A stretch of DNA of 61,753 bases from Pseudomonas phage Max. The position numbers were made by a program, and so were the translations under genes. Below, in pieces: positions 35,926 through 45,673 of this stretch. Numbering within the stretch: the stretch's first letter is position 1; each line of letters begins with the position of its first letter. The notes beneath the pieces are model-generated. The model had not been told where the DNA came from, did not search any database, and saw only the letters and a list, made by a program, of their open reading frames with translations. The stretch lies in sequence record PP661416.1. One strand, 5' to 3'.

Positions 35926-36498
35926 TTATTCAGCCTGCTTCACCGCGGCGAGGACCCGCGGAACCACAGCAGCGTCGGCAGGCAGAACCACGCTGAGGGC
36001 GGCACCCGAGGCTCCGCCGTCCGTGATCGCGCCCACCAGGGCGTCGATGGGGGACTTGCCCCCGGGCGGCGTGATCCGCACCGCAACTTGCTGGTCGCCC
36101 AAGGCGTCCGCAGCTCCCGCGATGGTGAGGGTGTTCGTGACAGCGTCATAGGACGCGGCGTTGATCTGGGTTGCGTTCAGAGCAGTGACCAGGGCCGCGG
36201 CGATTTCGTCCACGGTGTTGTTGGTCGCGTCTCCGACCACGGTGACGCTGATGGGCGCTCCGTCCGGGCCTCCGCCCAAGACCACCACGTTGAAGGTCCA
36301 GCCGTCCCAGTCGGCTCCGGCGGTGATTTCGGTCACGGTCGAATCGTTGAGCCAGGCCAGGCCGTCGCCGTCGAACTTCGCGGCAGCAGTCTGCTTGGCG
36401 ATGGTGTCGGAAGCGGCGAACACCACCATGGCGTCCGCGCCGTGCGTAAGATTGTGGCCGGACTTGTTCCGGTCCAGGGTTACAAGGTAAGCGGGCAT
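35926..36498 (-). CDS. putative head decoration / accessory capsid protein
   Basis: 190 aa, Ala/Gly/Thr/Val-rich, just downstream of the MCP and its terminator. Confidence 0.4.
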   Translation of the reverse strand: MPAYLVTLDRNKSGHNLTHGADAMVVFAASDTIAKQTAAAKFDGDGLAWLNDSTVTEITAGADWDGWTFNVVVLGGGPDGAPISVTVVGDATNNTVDEIAAALVTALNATQINAASYDAVTNTLTIAGAADALGDQQVAVRITPPGGKSPIDALVGAITDGGASGAALSVVLPADAAVVPRVLAAVKQAE

Positions 36499-36519
36499 GA
36501 TGGGTTCTCCTGAATGCGT

Positions 36520-36593
36520 TCAAACAAAGGGCGGACCAGTCTCAGACCGGCCCGCCCTTCGGGTACTACGGGGCAGAGCCCTCCCCGGAGGGC
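36520..36593 (-). terminator. tandem GC hairpins after the major capsid gene (GCCCTCC-CC-GGAGGGC, and AAGGGCGG-N17-CCGCCCTT + TTTGTTTG)
   Basis: Inverted repeats read on the minus strand right after the MCP TAA. Confidence 0.4.
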
Positions 36594-36602
36594 GGGACTG
36601 CC

Positions 36603-37535
36603 TTAGTTGAGGATGCCGTCTGCGGCGGCAAGCCCCTTCTCGCTGAACAGAGCCAGGCCGCAGTACCACTTGACGCGCCAGATGTGCTCATCGGAGTCCT
36701 CCGACTCGCCCACGTCCACAACCTGGATGCCCGCGGCCTGAGTCGCGGTCAGACCGGCGATGCCGTGGGTGCGCGAACCGTCATCCAGCGTACCAGCGAA
36801 GATCGTGGTGGCGTTGGTGCCGGTGCCCTTGGTCTGGTTGGTCGGGATGTAGTCGTTGCGGAAGATCGGCGTGCCGGAGTAGGCCGGGACCTCCGCACCG
36901 CTGGGCAGCTCGACAACCTCGTTGATGGACGCACCGCCCAGGGCGCGGAGCAGCGCCTTGTAGCTGCGCAGGGTACGCGCGTGCATGGTCAGGTAGTCCA
37001 CCTGGCCGTCCTTGTCCACCACGAGGTCCATCAGCTCATCCAGGATGGCGAAGCTGATGTTGGAGCCGTTCGCGCCGGTGGTCGCTTTCTGACCGGAGGC
37101 GCACAGCTGGATCAGGCCCGCGAACTCGTTGCCCGCGCCGGTGCCGTTGATCAGCTGGTCCTGGTACTTGCGGCCAGCGGACTTCGCCTTGGAGGCGATC
37201 TGGACAGCGGTCTGGTCGTTGCCGTCGCCGGAGCGGGTGGCCTGGATCAGGCCGTTCACTTCGGCGTCACCCATGATGGTGGTGAGGTTGGAGTTGACCT
37301 TGGTGAAGGTCGCAGCGGCCTTACCAGCACCCGCGCCGGAGAAGGTCGTGCCGACACCGGCCATGATGACGTCGCCAAGGGCGTTCTCGCGGTTGTACGC
37401 GAGGCTGTTGCCTTCGATGGAGTCGAAGGGCAGCACGTCGAACATGCGGTTGACGGTGATGATGTTTTCGATCACGCCAGCAACCAGTTCGTCCTGGGCC
37501 AGCTTGGCGCTTTCGGCAAGGGTAACAGAAGCCAT
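36603..37535 (-). CDS. major capsid protein
   Basis: 310 aa, follows the scaffold gene, terminator hairpins after it. Confidence 0.75.
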   Translation of the reverse strand: MASVTLAESAKLAQDELVAGVIENIITVNRMFDVLPFDSIEGNSLAYNRENALGDVIMAGVGTTFSGAGAGKAAATFTKVNSNLTTIMGDAEVNGLIQATRSGDGNDQTAVQIASKAKSAGRKYQDQLINGTGAGNEFAGLIQLCASGQKATTGANGSNISFAILDELMDLVVDKDGQVDYLTMHARTLRSYKALLRALGGASINEVVELPSGAEVPAYSGTPIFRNDYIPTNQTKGTGTNATTIFAGTLDDGSRTHGIAGLTATQAAGIQVVDVGESEDSDEHIWRVKWYCGLALFSEKGLAAADGILN

Positions 37536-37730
37536 GATTGGCCCTCCTTCAGAAGTTGATGACTCAAGCGGTTTTCAGCCGTGCCGGATCACCCGGTGTT
37601 CCGTCGCGGCCCGCGGAATCACTCCTGTGGGCCTTCGCCTCTGGCTATACAACCAAAAGTGACGTCAGTATAGTACCAAGTTGCGAAAAAGGGAAGCCCC
37701 CTGGCCAAACTTGGGGGCCTCCCCGATCCG

Positions 37731-38513
37731 TCACGCCCGACCGCGGCCCGCCTTGAACTGACCCTTGGCGAGGCCCTGGGCGATCTTCTCGTTGGCGGTC
37801 AGGACCTTGCCCTGCTGGCGCGGAGGCGTCTGACCGCCACGCGGAGGCATGCCGCCGCCCGCCGGGGCTTCCGACTCGAACAGGCGGCCATACTTCTCGT
37901 TGGCCTTCATTTCGCTGACCAGCTCGCGGATGGTCATGGGCTGGCCGGTCACGCCCGAGTAACGCTGGTCACCCTGGGCATCGACCACGAACACCTTGAA
38001 TTCACCGTCCTGCTCGACAACCTTGACCTGGTTCTTGATGAACGGCAGCAGGAGTTCCGGGACGCCCTTCAGCTCCGCAACGGCGGCAGTGGCGGCGTTC
38101 TCGACCAGGAGCCCATACAGCTGGTTCTGGAGGGCTTCGGCGCGGGCTCCGGCCTTCTTCAGGTCCTTCGCGTGCGCATCGGCCAGCTCCTGGCGAACCT
38201 TGTCCAGATTCAGCTTGGCTTCGCCGCCCTTGGCCAGCTGGTCCTGGAACTCAGCCAGCTTCGCGCTGATGTTGGCCTTGATTTCCTCCGGCGTCGCACC
38301 GAAGTCAGCCAGCGGGGTCAGGTCCACGGAGGTCTTGGCCTTCGCCTCCGCACGAGCAGCCTTGAGGGAGCGGTTCAGGCCGGTCACGGCCTCCACGATC
38401 CCCTTGTGGGCTTCGTCCGGGACGTACTTGCCATCATCGCCCTGCTTGTAGATTCCCCGGAACTGTTCCGGGACCTTGTCGATGGAATCGACCGGAGTGA
38501 ATTCAAAGTCCAT
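37731..38513 (-). CDS. scaffolding protein
   Basis: 260 aa, Ala/Lys/Glu-rich coiled coil, between the Mu-F-like and MCP genes. Confidence 0.65.
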   Translation of the reverse strand: MDFEFTPVDSIDKVPEQFRGIYKQGDDGKYVPDEAHKGIVEAVTGLNRSLKAARAEAKAKTSVDLTPLADFGATPEEIKANISAKLAEFQDQLAKGGEAKLNLDKVRQELADAHAKDLKKAGARAEALQNQLYGLLVENAATAAVAELKGVPELLLPFIKNQVKVVEQDGEFKVFVVDAQGDQRYSGVTGQPMTIRELVSEMKANEKYGRLFESEAPAGGGMPPRGGQTPPRQQGKVLTANEKIAQGLAKGQFKAGRGRA

Positions 38514-38581
38514 AATTGTATCCTCATTGTCGGCGGATCACCCGCCAGTGTTGTGCCTCACGCACGGTTCATATTGTAGCC

Positions 38582-39790
38582 TCAGAACTTTTCAGGGTCA
38601 AGGCCAGCCTTGCGGAAGGCGTCCGGCTTGCGCTCCGCGAGTTGGGACAGGGTCAGCTCGTTGCCGGCCCGATCCACAAATTGATCCACGTTCAGCCCGC
38701 CCTCCCGGAACAGCTTGGCCTTGGTCTTGCCCAGGACCTCATCCTGGAAGCCCGCGGGCTGACGCTTCAAGAAGTCCTGATATGTGGTCGCCGCCGGAAC
38801 CCGGCCCACATTCTCCGCGGCCCAAGCCTTCCTGATGTCCTGGATCGGCTTGCCCTGCTCCTTCGCCATCCGGCGGAAGTCGATTTCACGCTTGGCCCGG
38901 GTCCGGGTGTCCGTCACGGTCGGGCGATTGCCCAGGAGGCCCACGCCGTCGATGTAGGCGACCATCACCGACCGGCAGTTGAAGTGGGCCGGGGGCTTCG
39001 CGTCCTTGGGCTGGAGCAGGGGGATGTCCGCGGGCAGGTCGTTGTCGCCCACGGGGGTCCCGTGACCGTCCCGGGCGCGGCATACAGCCGTGGTCCGACC
39101 GTCCAGCGTGCTCACCCAGACCTTCGCCGTGATGATGTCGCTGTTGGCGTCCCAGACGTAGCCCCGCGCGGTGTTGGACACGTGGTTCACCGCGGTGCGG
39201 ACGATCCCCTGGGCGTCCCGCCGGGTCATCGACAGGATGCCGTCCGCATAGGCGTTCTTGCGCGTCCCGACCACTCGCCGCACGATGTCGTCAATGGGCT
39301 CCCCGTTCGTCATCCCGAGCTGAAGGGCCGTGGTCAGCCGCTGCTGGTCCACCGCCTCCAGGGTGCTGAACCAGTCCCGGAGGAACCGGCCCTGGAACGG
39401 GCGGGAGGTGGCGATGGCCCGGAGCTGGTCCGCGTTCACCGCCATGAAGCCCACCTCAATCGTGATGGAGGACTGCAGCAGGTCGATTTCGGCCTGGCCT
39501 TCGAGGACGGCGAGCTGCCCGAGTTCGTCCCGCACCAAGGTCTTGTACTCCGCGAGGGCCGCGGCCCGGGCTCCGCGGATGTCCGTGAGCAGGGCCTTCC
39601 AGCGTTCGCCGGTGAAGTCCAGGTCACGGCCCTCGAAGCGGGCGAGCCGGGTGCGCAGGCGTTCGGTCAGGTCGCGGTCCGCCTCCTCCAGGAGCCGGGC
39701 GACCCGCTTGGTGACGCCCGCGGTGTAGCGGCGCAGGTCGATTTGGTGACGCAGCGCGGCGTCCCGGTACTCCTCATTGAATGTGGGCAT
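38582..39790 (-). CDS. head morphogenesis protein (Mu gpF / SPP1 gp7-like)
   Basis: 402 aa, TTAVCRARDGHG region. GAAATGGAGAAG RBS. Confidence 0.75.
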   Translation of the reverse strand: MPTFNEEYRDAALRHQIDLRRYTAGVTKRVARLLEEADRDLTERLRTRLARFEGRDLDFTGERWKALLTDIRGARAAALAEYKTLVRDELGQLAVLEGQAEIDLLQSSITIEVGFMAVNADQLRAIATSRPFQGRFLRDWFSTLEAVDQQRLTTALQLGMTNGEPIDDIVRRVVGTRKNAYADGILSMTRRDAQGIVRTAVNHVSNTARGYVWDANSDIITAKVWVSTLDGRTTAVCRARDGHGTPVGDNDLPADIPLLQPKDAKPPAHFNCRSVMVAYIDGVGLLGNRPTVTDTRTRAKREIDFRRMAKEQGKPIQDIRKAWAAENVGRVPAATTYQDFLKRQPAGFQDEVLGKTKAKLFREGGLNVDQFVDRAGNELTLSQLAERKPDAFRKAGLDPEKF

Positions 39791-39905
39791 CCCGCTTCTC
39801 CATTTCTTTGGGTCCGTTCATGCCGAAGTGGATACACGCCCCGATCAGCGGCCCGAGGACGATGCTCAGGAGGAGCCAAAGCCCCAAGAAGTGCCAGACG
39901 TTCAT
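39774..39905 (-). CDS. possible 43-aa membrane micro-protein coupled between the portal and head-morphogenesis genes
   Basis: GGAGGTGAG 2 nt before the ATG, which overlaps the portal stop (ATGA). MNVWHFLGLWLLLSIVLGPLIGACIHF. Confidence 0.3.
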   Translation of the reverse strand: MNVWHFLGLWLLLSIVLGPLIGACIHFGMNGPKEMEKRDAHIQ

Positions 39906-41434
39906 GACTCACCTCCAGGATTTCCACCACCTTCTCCGCCTTCGCCGCCCTCGCCTTCGCCTTCGCCCTCACCCTCCCCACCTTCGGGCGGGTTCTTCTG
40001 GGCCGGGTCCAGGTCCAAGCCAGCGCGGCCCATCGCCTCGCTGATTTCCTCCATCAGCTCCTCCCAGTCCTCATCCTCATCGAAGTCCTCCGGGAGGACC
40101 CCGCGCAGGCGGAGGCCGTTCAGGTAGGTCTTGCGGCTGATGTCGCGCTTCTCGCGTGCGACTTGGAGGGCCTGAAGGCCCGGGGCGTCCATTTCCTCCA
40201 GGTCATAGTCCTTCACCAGCTCCACGGTGCCGCCGTTCGGCCCAAGGCGGAGCCAGTCCGCGGTGATGTCCAGGGCCTGGGCCAGGGCGTCCTCGAACAG
40301 CCCAGTCATCGCGCTCAGGTCGCTGGTCGCCTCCGCGCTGTCCAGCGCCCGGGCGGTCGCCGTCTGTCCGCCGGTCTTGCGCTTCAGGAACTCTGCGCCA
40401 TAGCCCGCCATCTGCTCCTCAAGGTCCTTGAGGTCCGTGCGGCCCGCGGCGATGGCTTGGCCGGTGTGCTCCACGTAGTAGAACCGGCCCGCCGGGTCCG
40501 GGTTGTACAGCACCTTGTTCGGCCCGACCACCACCGGGTCCGAGTCCTCCCCGGACGCCCCCGAGCAGGCGAGGATCGGGAAGCGGGAGACGGTGAGGAT
40601 GTGGCGTTGGTCGGAGGCGGACTGCCAGTGCGCCACGTTGAGGTGAGCCAGGTCCAGGAGCGGGGGCTTGCCCATCATGAAGCCTTGGCGGTCCGCGTAG
40701 AAGGTGACCAGCGGGACGTAGTTCAGCCCCGTCGCCCACTCATCCGCCAGCGCCCACTCCTCCTTCTGGGCGTTGGACTTCTTCACCGGCTCCCAGAGCT
40801 GGACAAGGCCCGGCTCCAGGACGCGGATGCGGCGCTTGCAGACCTCCGCGAAGCCGTCCTGCTCCATGTAGTGTTCGATGATGCGGACGTGCTGGAGGAC
40901 TTCGACCCCGTTGATCACCTCCGACCGGGCGAACAGCAGGCACTCCGGCTTGATCATGACCCAGTACGGGCGCAGGCCCTCCCGGCGATCATCCGCCAAG
41001 GTCCGGGGTTGGCCGTCCTCCCGCGGGGCCGGGCGGGGCATGTCGATGAGGACGTGGCAGAGGGCCTTGGCCATGCCTTCGCGGAACCACTGACGGGCGA
41101 ACACGTCCAGGTTGTTCCCCTGGAGGTCCACGTCAGGCAGGATCGTCTCCTCAATCGCCTTGGGCACATCCTCGTTGAGCTTGATCGGCTCGCTGAAGGG
41201 CTTGCCGCTCAGGGTGTCCAGCGTCTGTTCGACCATGTTGAGGAGGACGGCGGACGCCAGGCGCTCCTGATAGCCCCTGTCCGTCTCCTCCTGGTGGCGG
41301 GGCAGGTACGTCTCGCCCGCCTCGCGCATTGCTTCGGTCCCGCCCAGCAGCGTCTCGATGACGTGCCAGCGCGGGAGCATCTGGTCATACGCCCCGCTGG
41401 TCGTGGCGGGGCTCTTTGGGTCTTTGTCGGCCAT
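39902..41434 (-). CDS. portal protein
   Basis: Start MADKDPKSP with AGGAG 9 nt upstream. 510 aa with a Gly/Glu-rich C-terminus. Follows TerL. Confidence 0.8.
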   Translation of the reverse strand: MADKDPKSPATTSGAYDQMLPRWHVIETLLGGTEAMREAGETYLPRHQEETDRGYQERLASAVLLNMVEQTLDTLSGKPFSEPIKLNEDVPKAIEETILPDVDLQGNNLDVFARQWFREGMAKALCHVLIDMPRPAPREDGQPRTLADDRREGLRPYWVMIKPECLLFARSEVINGVEVLQHVRIIEHYMEQDGFAEVCKRRIRVLEPGLVQLWEPVKKSNAQKEEWALADEWATGLNYVPLVTFYADRQGFMMGKPPLLDLAHLNVAHWQSASDQRHILTVSRFPILACSGASGEDSDPVVVGPNKVLYNPDPAGRFYYVEHTGQAIAAGRTDLKDLEEQMAGYGAEFLKRKTGGQTATARALDSAEATSDLSAMTGLFEDALAQALDITADWLRLGPNGGTVELVKDYDLEEMDAPGLQALQVAREKRDISRKTYLNGLRLRGVLPEDFDEDEDWEELMEEISEAMGRAGLDLDPAQKNPPEGGEGEGEGEGEGGEGGEGGGNPGGES

Positions 41435-41491
41435 GGTCGGTTCTCCTGGTTCGCGGATTCTCGCCCGAAGGCGAGGACCCGGCAAGTTGTA

Positions 41492-43039
41492 TTACATGTT
41501 GCCCTGCTTGACGCCACGCAGCTTCTTGCGCACGCGGTAGCGGATCGCGTCACCAATGTGGTCCTCCGCCTCCGTGTTCACGTCATCCAGGTCCTTGTCG
41601 TCGCGGGGCAGCACAGGGACCGTCTCGATGGTCTGCTGACACCAGTCGAAGATGAACAGCCCAGGGACCTCGCGCGGTCCCCCGCCCGCCGGAGGCAGCG
41701 CCCCCTTGAGCAGCTTGCGGATTTGCTCCCAGCCCTGCTTGCGCGAGCCTGGGCCCTTGTCCGCGGGCGTCCAGCGCACGCCCTTCTTCTCCATGTCCAC
41801 GGCGATGCTGTTGCCGTTCTCCACGTCGAAGATGGAGGAGTCAGCGGGGCCTGGCTTGACCCGACCTTCCAGCGCCCAGTCCTCCTCCCGGTCCTTCACC
41901 CCTTGGGCGACCTCCGAGGCGAGCATGCGGACGCCCTCGTTGCGGGTCCCGTTCCAGCCGTACCACTCCTGGATCAGGTACAGATCGCCCCGCACCTTGC
42001 CGTACACGCGGCCATTCCACTCGAACGGCTCACCATTCGACTCCGCCCACCACAGGACGGCGAAGGGCTTGGAGCTGCCCCAGTCGAAGCTGCGGTCAAT
42101 CTTCCACCGCTTCGGGATCACCGACAGCGGGACGGAGGGCACCACGTGTACGTCCCCGCGGTAGATGTCGTCAAACATCCCCCCGGCGATGATGTCCCAG
42201 GAGCCGTGGAGCCAGGCGGCGAGTTCGGAGGGGTTCCGGGCCGCGGCTCGAATCTTGCTGATGTACTCCGGGTCAGCGTGGAGCAGGATTTGGTTCTCAT
42301 AGATGGACCCGTGGATGGCGACCCGGGGCGGTTCGCGCTCGCCGTCTCGCATCGCGTCCAGGATCACCCGACCGCGCATGTGGGGGAGGCGGAAGCGGGC
42401 CTTGACCCAGTTGTGGCCGGGGCCGTAGGGGTTGGTGGTCGCCCGGTAGCAGCGGGGCATCCCCGGCTTCGTGGAGCGGCAGCAGGACATCATGACGGTG
42501 TAGCACTTGTCATCGGCCCAGTTGCAGAGTTCTTCCCAGCCAATCCACGGGTATGCGTGGCCGTGGTAGTTCCAATAATCCTCCGGCGACTTCATGTGGC
42601 GCAGCAGCAGCTCCTCGCCGTCCGGGAAGGTCCACTTGTGCTCCACCTTGTTGTACTTGGCCCCCGGGAAGATGCGCTTGAACCACTTATTGGTCTTGTT
42701 GATCACGTCCGACAGCTGGGGGTAGGTCTGACGGAACAAGATGCCCCGCCACTCCGACCCGTAGCCCTTCCCCACGTGCTGAAGGAAGTCCATCAGCAGG
42801 CAGTCGGTCTTGCCCGGGCCGCGCGTCCCCTCATACAGCACCTCGAAGATCGGATGCGCCATGAGGAAGGCGAGCTGCGACCCGTACTGCGGGCACCAGG
42901 TCGCCTCCGACTCCTTCCCCGTCTCCGGGTCCACGTAGTAGCCCCGCAGCTCGCCGGGCTCCGCCTCGCGCCACTCAATCGGGTAGTCCGGGCGGGCGGC
43001 GATGGCGACCGCCTTGCTCACTTCGGTCTGGGCGAACAT
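41492..43039 (-). CDS. terminase large subunit
   Basis: Walker A GTRGPGKTD. 515 aa. Coupled to TerS. Confidence 0.9.
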   Translation of the reverse strand: MFAQTEVSKAVAIAARPDYPIEWREAEPGELRGYYVDPETGKESEATWCPQYGSQLAFLMAHPIFEVLYEGTRGPGKTDCLLMDFLQHVGKGYGSEWRGILFRQTYPQLSDVINKTNKWFKRIFPGAKYNKVEHKWTFPDGEELLLRHMKSPEDYWNYHGHAYPWIGWEELCNWADDKCYTVMMSCCRSTKPGMPRCYRATTNPYGPGHNWVKARFRLPHMRGRVILDAMRDGEREPPRVAIHGSIYENQILLHADPEYISKIRAAARNPSELAAWLHGSWDIIAGGMFDDIYRGDVHVVPSVPLSVIPKRWKIDRSFDWGSSKPFAVLWWAESNGEPFEWNGRVYGKVRGDLYLIQEWYGWNGTRNEGVRMLASEVAQGVKDREEDWALEGRVKPGPADSSIFDVENGNSIAVDMEKKGVRWTPADKGPGSRKQGWEQIRKLLKGALPPAGGGPREVPGLFIFDWCQQTIETVPVLPRDDKDLDDVNTEAEDHIGDAIRYRVRKKLRGVKQGNM

Positions 43040-43566
43040 CAGCTGCCCTCCCCGGTCGGACGGCCCACGGTCCCGCGGGCGAGGTCCCCAAACTGGTTCT
43101 GCCAGTCGTTGATCGTGGCCGGAGCCCCCGGGACGATCAGCACCCCGCCGGTGCCCGAGGCGGTCATGCTGGCCGCGTCCTTCCCGTCCTTGAACTCCGC
43201 ACGATGGGCGCGGAGCATCATGGCCATCAGCGAATCGCTGTACACCCGCTCATAGGTGATGATCTCATCCTTGAACTTCCCGCCGATGATCGGGCGCTCC
43301 ACGCCGTCCCGCGCCCGCTTCAGGGCCGCGCTGAACAGGTGCTCGTCAATCCACGCTTGGCGGGCGTCCTCCAGAGCCTGGGCAAACTCCGGGTCATTCT
43401 TGACATGATAGTCGATGGTGGAGCCGGAGACGCCCACGGCCTCCGCGCACAGGTACTTCCGCCCACCCAGGTCGGGGTGCGTGCGGAACAACTCCAGGTA
43501 CTGCTCCTTGCGGTCCGAGGTGAATGGCACCATCGGCTTCGGCTTCAGTTTCTCAATCGGGTGCAT
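43039..43566 (-). CDS. terminase small subunit
   Basis: Start MHPIEKLKP with an RBS. HTH-like segment CAEAVGVSGSTIDYH. Immediately upstream of TerL. Confidence 0.65.
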   Translation of the reverse strand: MHPIEKLKPKPMVPFTSDRKEQYLELFRTHPDLGGRKYLCAEAVGVSGSTIDYHVKNDPEFAQALEDARQAWIDEHLFSAALKRARDGVERPIIGGKFKDEIITYERVYSDSLMAMMLRAHRAEFKDGKDAASMTASGTGGVLIVPGAPATINDWQNQFGDLARGTVGRPTGEGS

Positions 43567-43656
43567 CACGCTCCCCCTTCGGTGTGTACTGTTCGTCAAT
43601 CGCGCATCACGCGGCGATCCGTCCCCGGCCTCACGCCCAAGGACATCCTCGCGGCG

Positions 43657-43685
43657 AGTATAGCGTGAGCTTGTACATTAGCCAA
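43657..43685 (-). promoter_or_regulatory. candidate late promoter (-35 TTGGCT, 17 bp, -10 TATACT), about 100 nt upstream of TerS
   Basis: Plus-strand gagtatagcg...attagccaag. Confidence 0.4.
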
Positions 43686-43852
43686 GGGTGGGTCGCGCTC
43701 GCCCGCGGGGGAGACACGAGGAGCGTGTGGCAGCGGATTGCCCAAGCAGGCACGCAGCGTCCTCCGCTTAGGTTCGAGGGGTCGCGCTTCACTTCCACGT
43801 CCGAAAAAGTAAAAAGTCAAGCGGGCAAAAAGGCCATATAAAACAGCCCTTT

Positions 43853-43874
43853 ATAGATAGATAGATAGATAGAT
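43853..43874. repeat. (GATA)5 microsatellite
   Basis: atagatagatagatagatagat. Confidence 0.9.
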
Positions 43875-43911
43875 TCTTAACTTACTTAACTTACTTACCT
43901 TAACCCCCTGG
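43874..43911. repeat. 38-bp block ttcttaacttacttaacttacttaccttaaCcccctgg, region B copy of 17760..17797
   Basis: 37/38 identity. Confidence 0.9.
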
Positions 43912-43969
43912 GAGCCCTTCGGACACCAGAAAGCCTCAACAAGGATTCTCTTGGGCCGGTCCGCCGGGT

Positions 43970-44118
43970 CGATTTGTCGGGCGAATTTATTTCAGGTAAG
44001 AATCCCAAGTAACCTAAGCGCAAGGTGCGGGAACCCCAGACGGGCTTGACTTCCCGCCACGCCTTGCTTCATACTTTTTCGGAGCCGAACCCAAGCGCAC
44101 TCCCGTAACCCAAGCGCA
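43970..44118. promoter_or_regulatory. region B regulatory module: CGATTTGTCGGGCGAA, AAGTAACCTAAGCGCA, a plus-strand promoter TTGACT-18-CATACT (44046..44075) and two CCCAAGCGCA boxes (44090, 44109)
   Basis: Collinear with region A. The plus-strand promoter points into the 3' end of the early operon. Confidence 0.5.
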
Positions 44119-44233
44119 CCCGGTCGAAGTGGAGAAGGAGGAGGGAGCCCCGCCGGTTTTCCCGCAGCCTTCGGCCTCCTGTAGTGAAGTCGGCACCATT
44201 GCCGCCCGGCGGGGCATTGATCGTGAGGGCTGG

Positions 44234-44452
44234 TCAGGCCCGCTTCCCTCGTTGAAGGAACCAGTCCAAGGCGGCGCAGATCGCGGGGTTGTCCCACCAC
44301 TCGTCAATCATGCGGCGTGCCGCCCGGTCGCGGAAGAAGGTTGGCCCGCAGTAGTTGTGCCACTCCATGAACACGCAGGAGCCGTCCGCGAGGCGGAGCC
44401 GGAAGAAGGGCGACAGGCAGACGATGCCGCCCGGGATGCGCACGTAGGTCAT
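44234..44452 (-). CDS. hypothetical protein
   Basis: Start MTYVRIPGG, ATGA-coupled. Confidence 0.4.
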   Translation of the reverse strand: MTYVRIPGGIVCLSPFFRLRLADGSCVFMEWHNYCGPTFFRDRAARRMIDEWWDNPAICAALDWFLQRGKRA

Positions 44453-44703
44453 CGCCGGTCCTCCATGTAGTCGAACACGGCCTGGTCGATGCGTTCGCGC
44501 TCCGCCTCCGTCATCTTGCGCTCCAGCCAGGGCGCGGGGCGTCCGCGGCGGTCGCGGACTTCCCATTCACCGCATCCGCCTTCCGCCGGGTAGCAGTATT
44601 CAGGCGGGCCGCTGATTTGGGCGGGCACGTAGGGCTCCCAGTAGGTGACCACGATGAGGCAGGGGATGCCCGCCACGCGGTCCTCGAACTCAGCCAGTGA
44701 CAT
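44449..44703 (-). CDS. hypothetical protein
   Basis: 84 aa. Confidence 0.4.
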   Translation of the reverse strand: MSLAEFEDRVAGIPCLIVVTYWEPYVPAQISGPPEYCYPAEGGCGEWEVRDRRGRPAPWLERKMTEAERERIDQAVFDYMEDRR

Positions 44704-44706
44704 AGT

Positions 44707-44895
44707 TCACCTCCCCGGGATCGCCGGGAGCCGGACCCAGTGATCAGTCCCGGCTTCGTTGTCGCAGAGTCGCCACAGCGTGCCGTCCTCGCACTCGACA
44801 ACCACTTGGCGGACCAGGTAGCCGTCGCGGGTCGTGCCCACGGAGGAGGTCATGGACCGCACGCGGCGGTCGGGCGGGGTGTTGGGCGTGTTCAT
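44707..44895 (-). CDS. hypothetical protein
   Basis: 62 aa. Confidence 0.35.
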   Translation of the reverse strand: MNTPNTPPDRRVRSMTSSVGTTRDGYLVRQVVVECEDGTLWRLCDNEAGTDHWVRLPAIPGR

Positions 44896-45278
44896 GCGTC
44901 CTCCTCCTCCGGCGGGTTCCCGCCTTCCGTCCCGTCGCAGAAGGTACAGCGGTCAGGACCCAGCGTGCTTTGTTGAAAGCCGGTCGCCTCGCAGGTCGGG
45001 CAGGTCCGGTTCTCCTCGAAGTCCTCCGCCGGGAAGGCGTGCCAGCCGTAGCCCAGGGCGTCCGCGGGCGGTTCGGGCAACGGCTCCTGCTGTTCGGTCG
45101 GGAAGCGGGCGTGCGGCTCATACTCCAGCACGGTCCGCGTCCGCGGGATCGGGTCGCCGCTCCGGGTCAGGCTCCAGTCATCGAACTGCGCCACGACATG
45201 GCCGTGGGTCGCCTCGCGCAGCAGCGCGGTCTTGCCGATCAGGTGCGGGATCGGGCCGCGGTAGATTCCCCGCTTCAT
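44892..45278 (-). CDS. zinc-ribbon protein
   Basis: Start MKRGIYRGP with AAGGAGG. CPTCEATGF...CTFCDG. Confidence 0.45.
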   Translation of the reverse strand: MKRGIYRGPIPHLIGKTALLREATHGHVVAQFDDWSLTRSGDPIPRTRTVLEYEPHARFPTEQQEPLPEPPADALGYGWHAFPAEDFEENRTCPTCEATGFQQSTLGPDRCTFCDGTEGGNPPEEEDA

Positions 45279-45673
45279 GCTCCGCCCTCCTTCGCCCAAG
45301 GGCAGTTCGGGGCCGTGTGGCCTTCCCCTCCGCACAGGGCGCAAGCCTTCAGGGCCGCGCGGACTTCGCCCGGGACCTCGTTGAGCAGCTGGATCGCGTT
45401 GGCGTCCAGGGCGCTCGCGCCCCAGTTGAACTTGGGCAGGGCCTCCTCGAACAGGCGAGCGGCCCGGGCGAGGGTCGCCTGGGCGTCCGCCGGTCCGGGA
45501 ATCTCCAGGAAGTGACGGAAGATGTCCGCGGCGAGGCGGGCCGCTCCTTCCCGAGTCACTTGGACATAGCCTTGGTCACTCGTGATCTGGAGGCAGTAGC
45601 CCCGGGCGTCTCCGCCATAGAACCCGGTCAGCTGGTAGCCTTCCCGGCGGCGGTGGATCAGTTCGGTGCTCAT
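45275..45673 (-). CDS. hypothetical protein
   Basis: 132 aa, ATGA-coupled. Confidence 0.45.
   Translation of the reverse strand: MSTELIHRRREGYQLTGFYGGDARGYCLQITSDQGYVQVTREGAARLAADIFRHFLEIPGPADAQATLARAARLFEEALPKFNWGASALDANAIQLLNEVPGEVRAALKACALCGGEGHTAPNCPWAKEGGA

Noticed and set aside
44129-44470. Plus-strand ORF (113 aa, GTG start) emerging from region B
   Set aside because: No SD sequence. It is antisense to the minus-strand genes 44234..44452 and 44449..44703, with junk-like composition. If anything is made here it is more likely an RNA from the plus-strand promoter than a protein.
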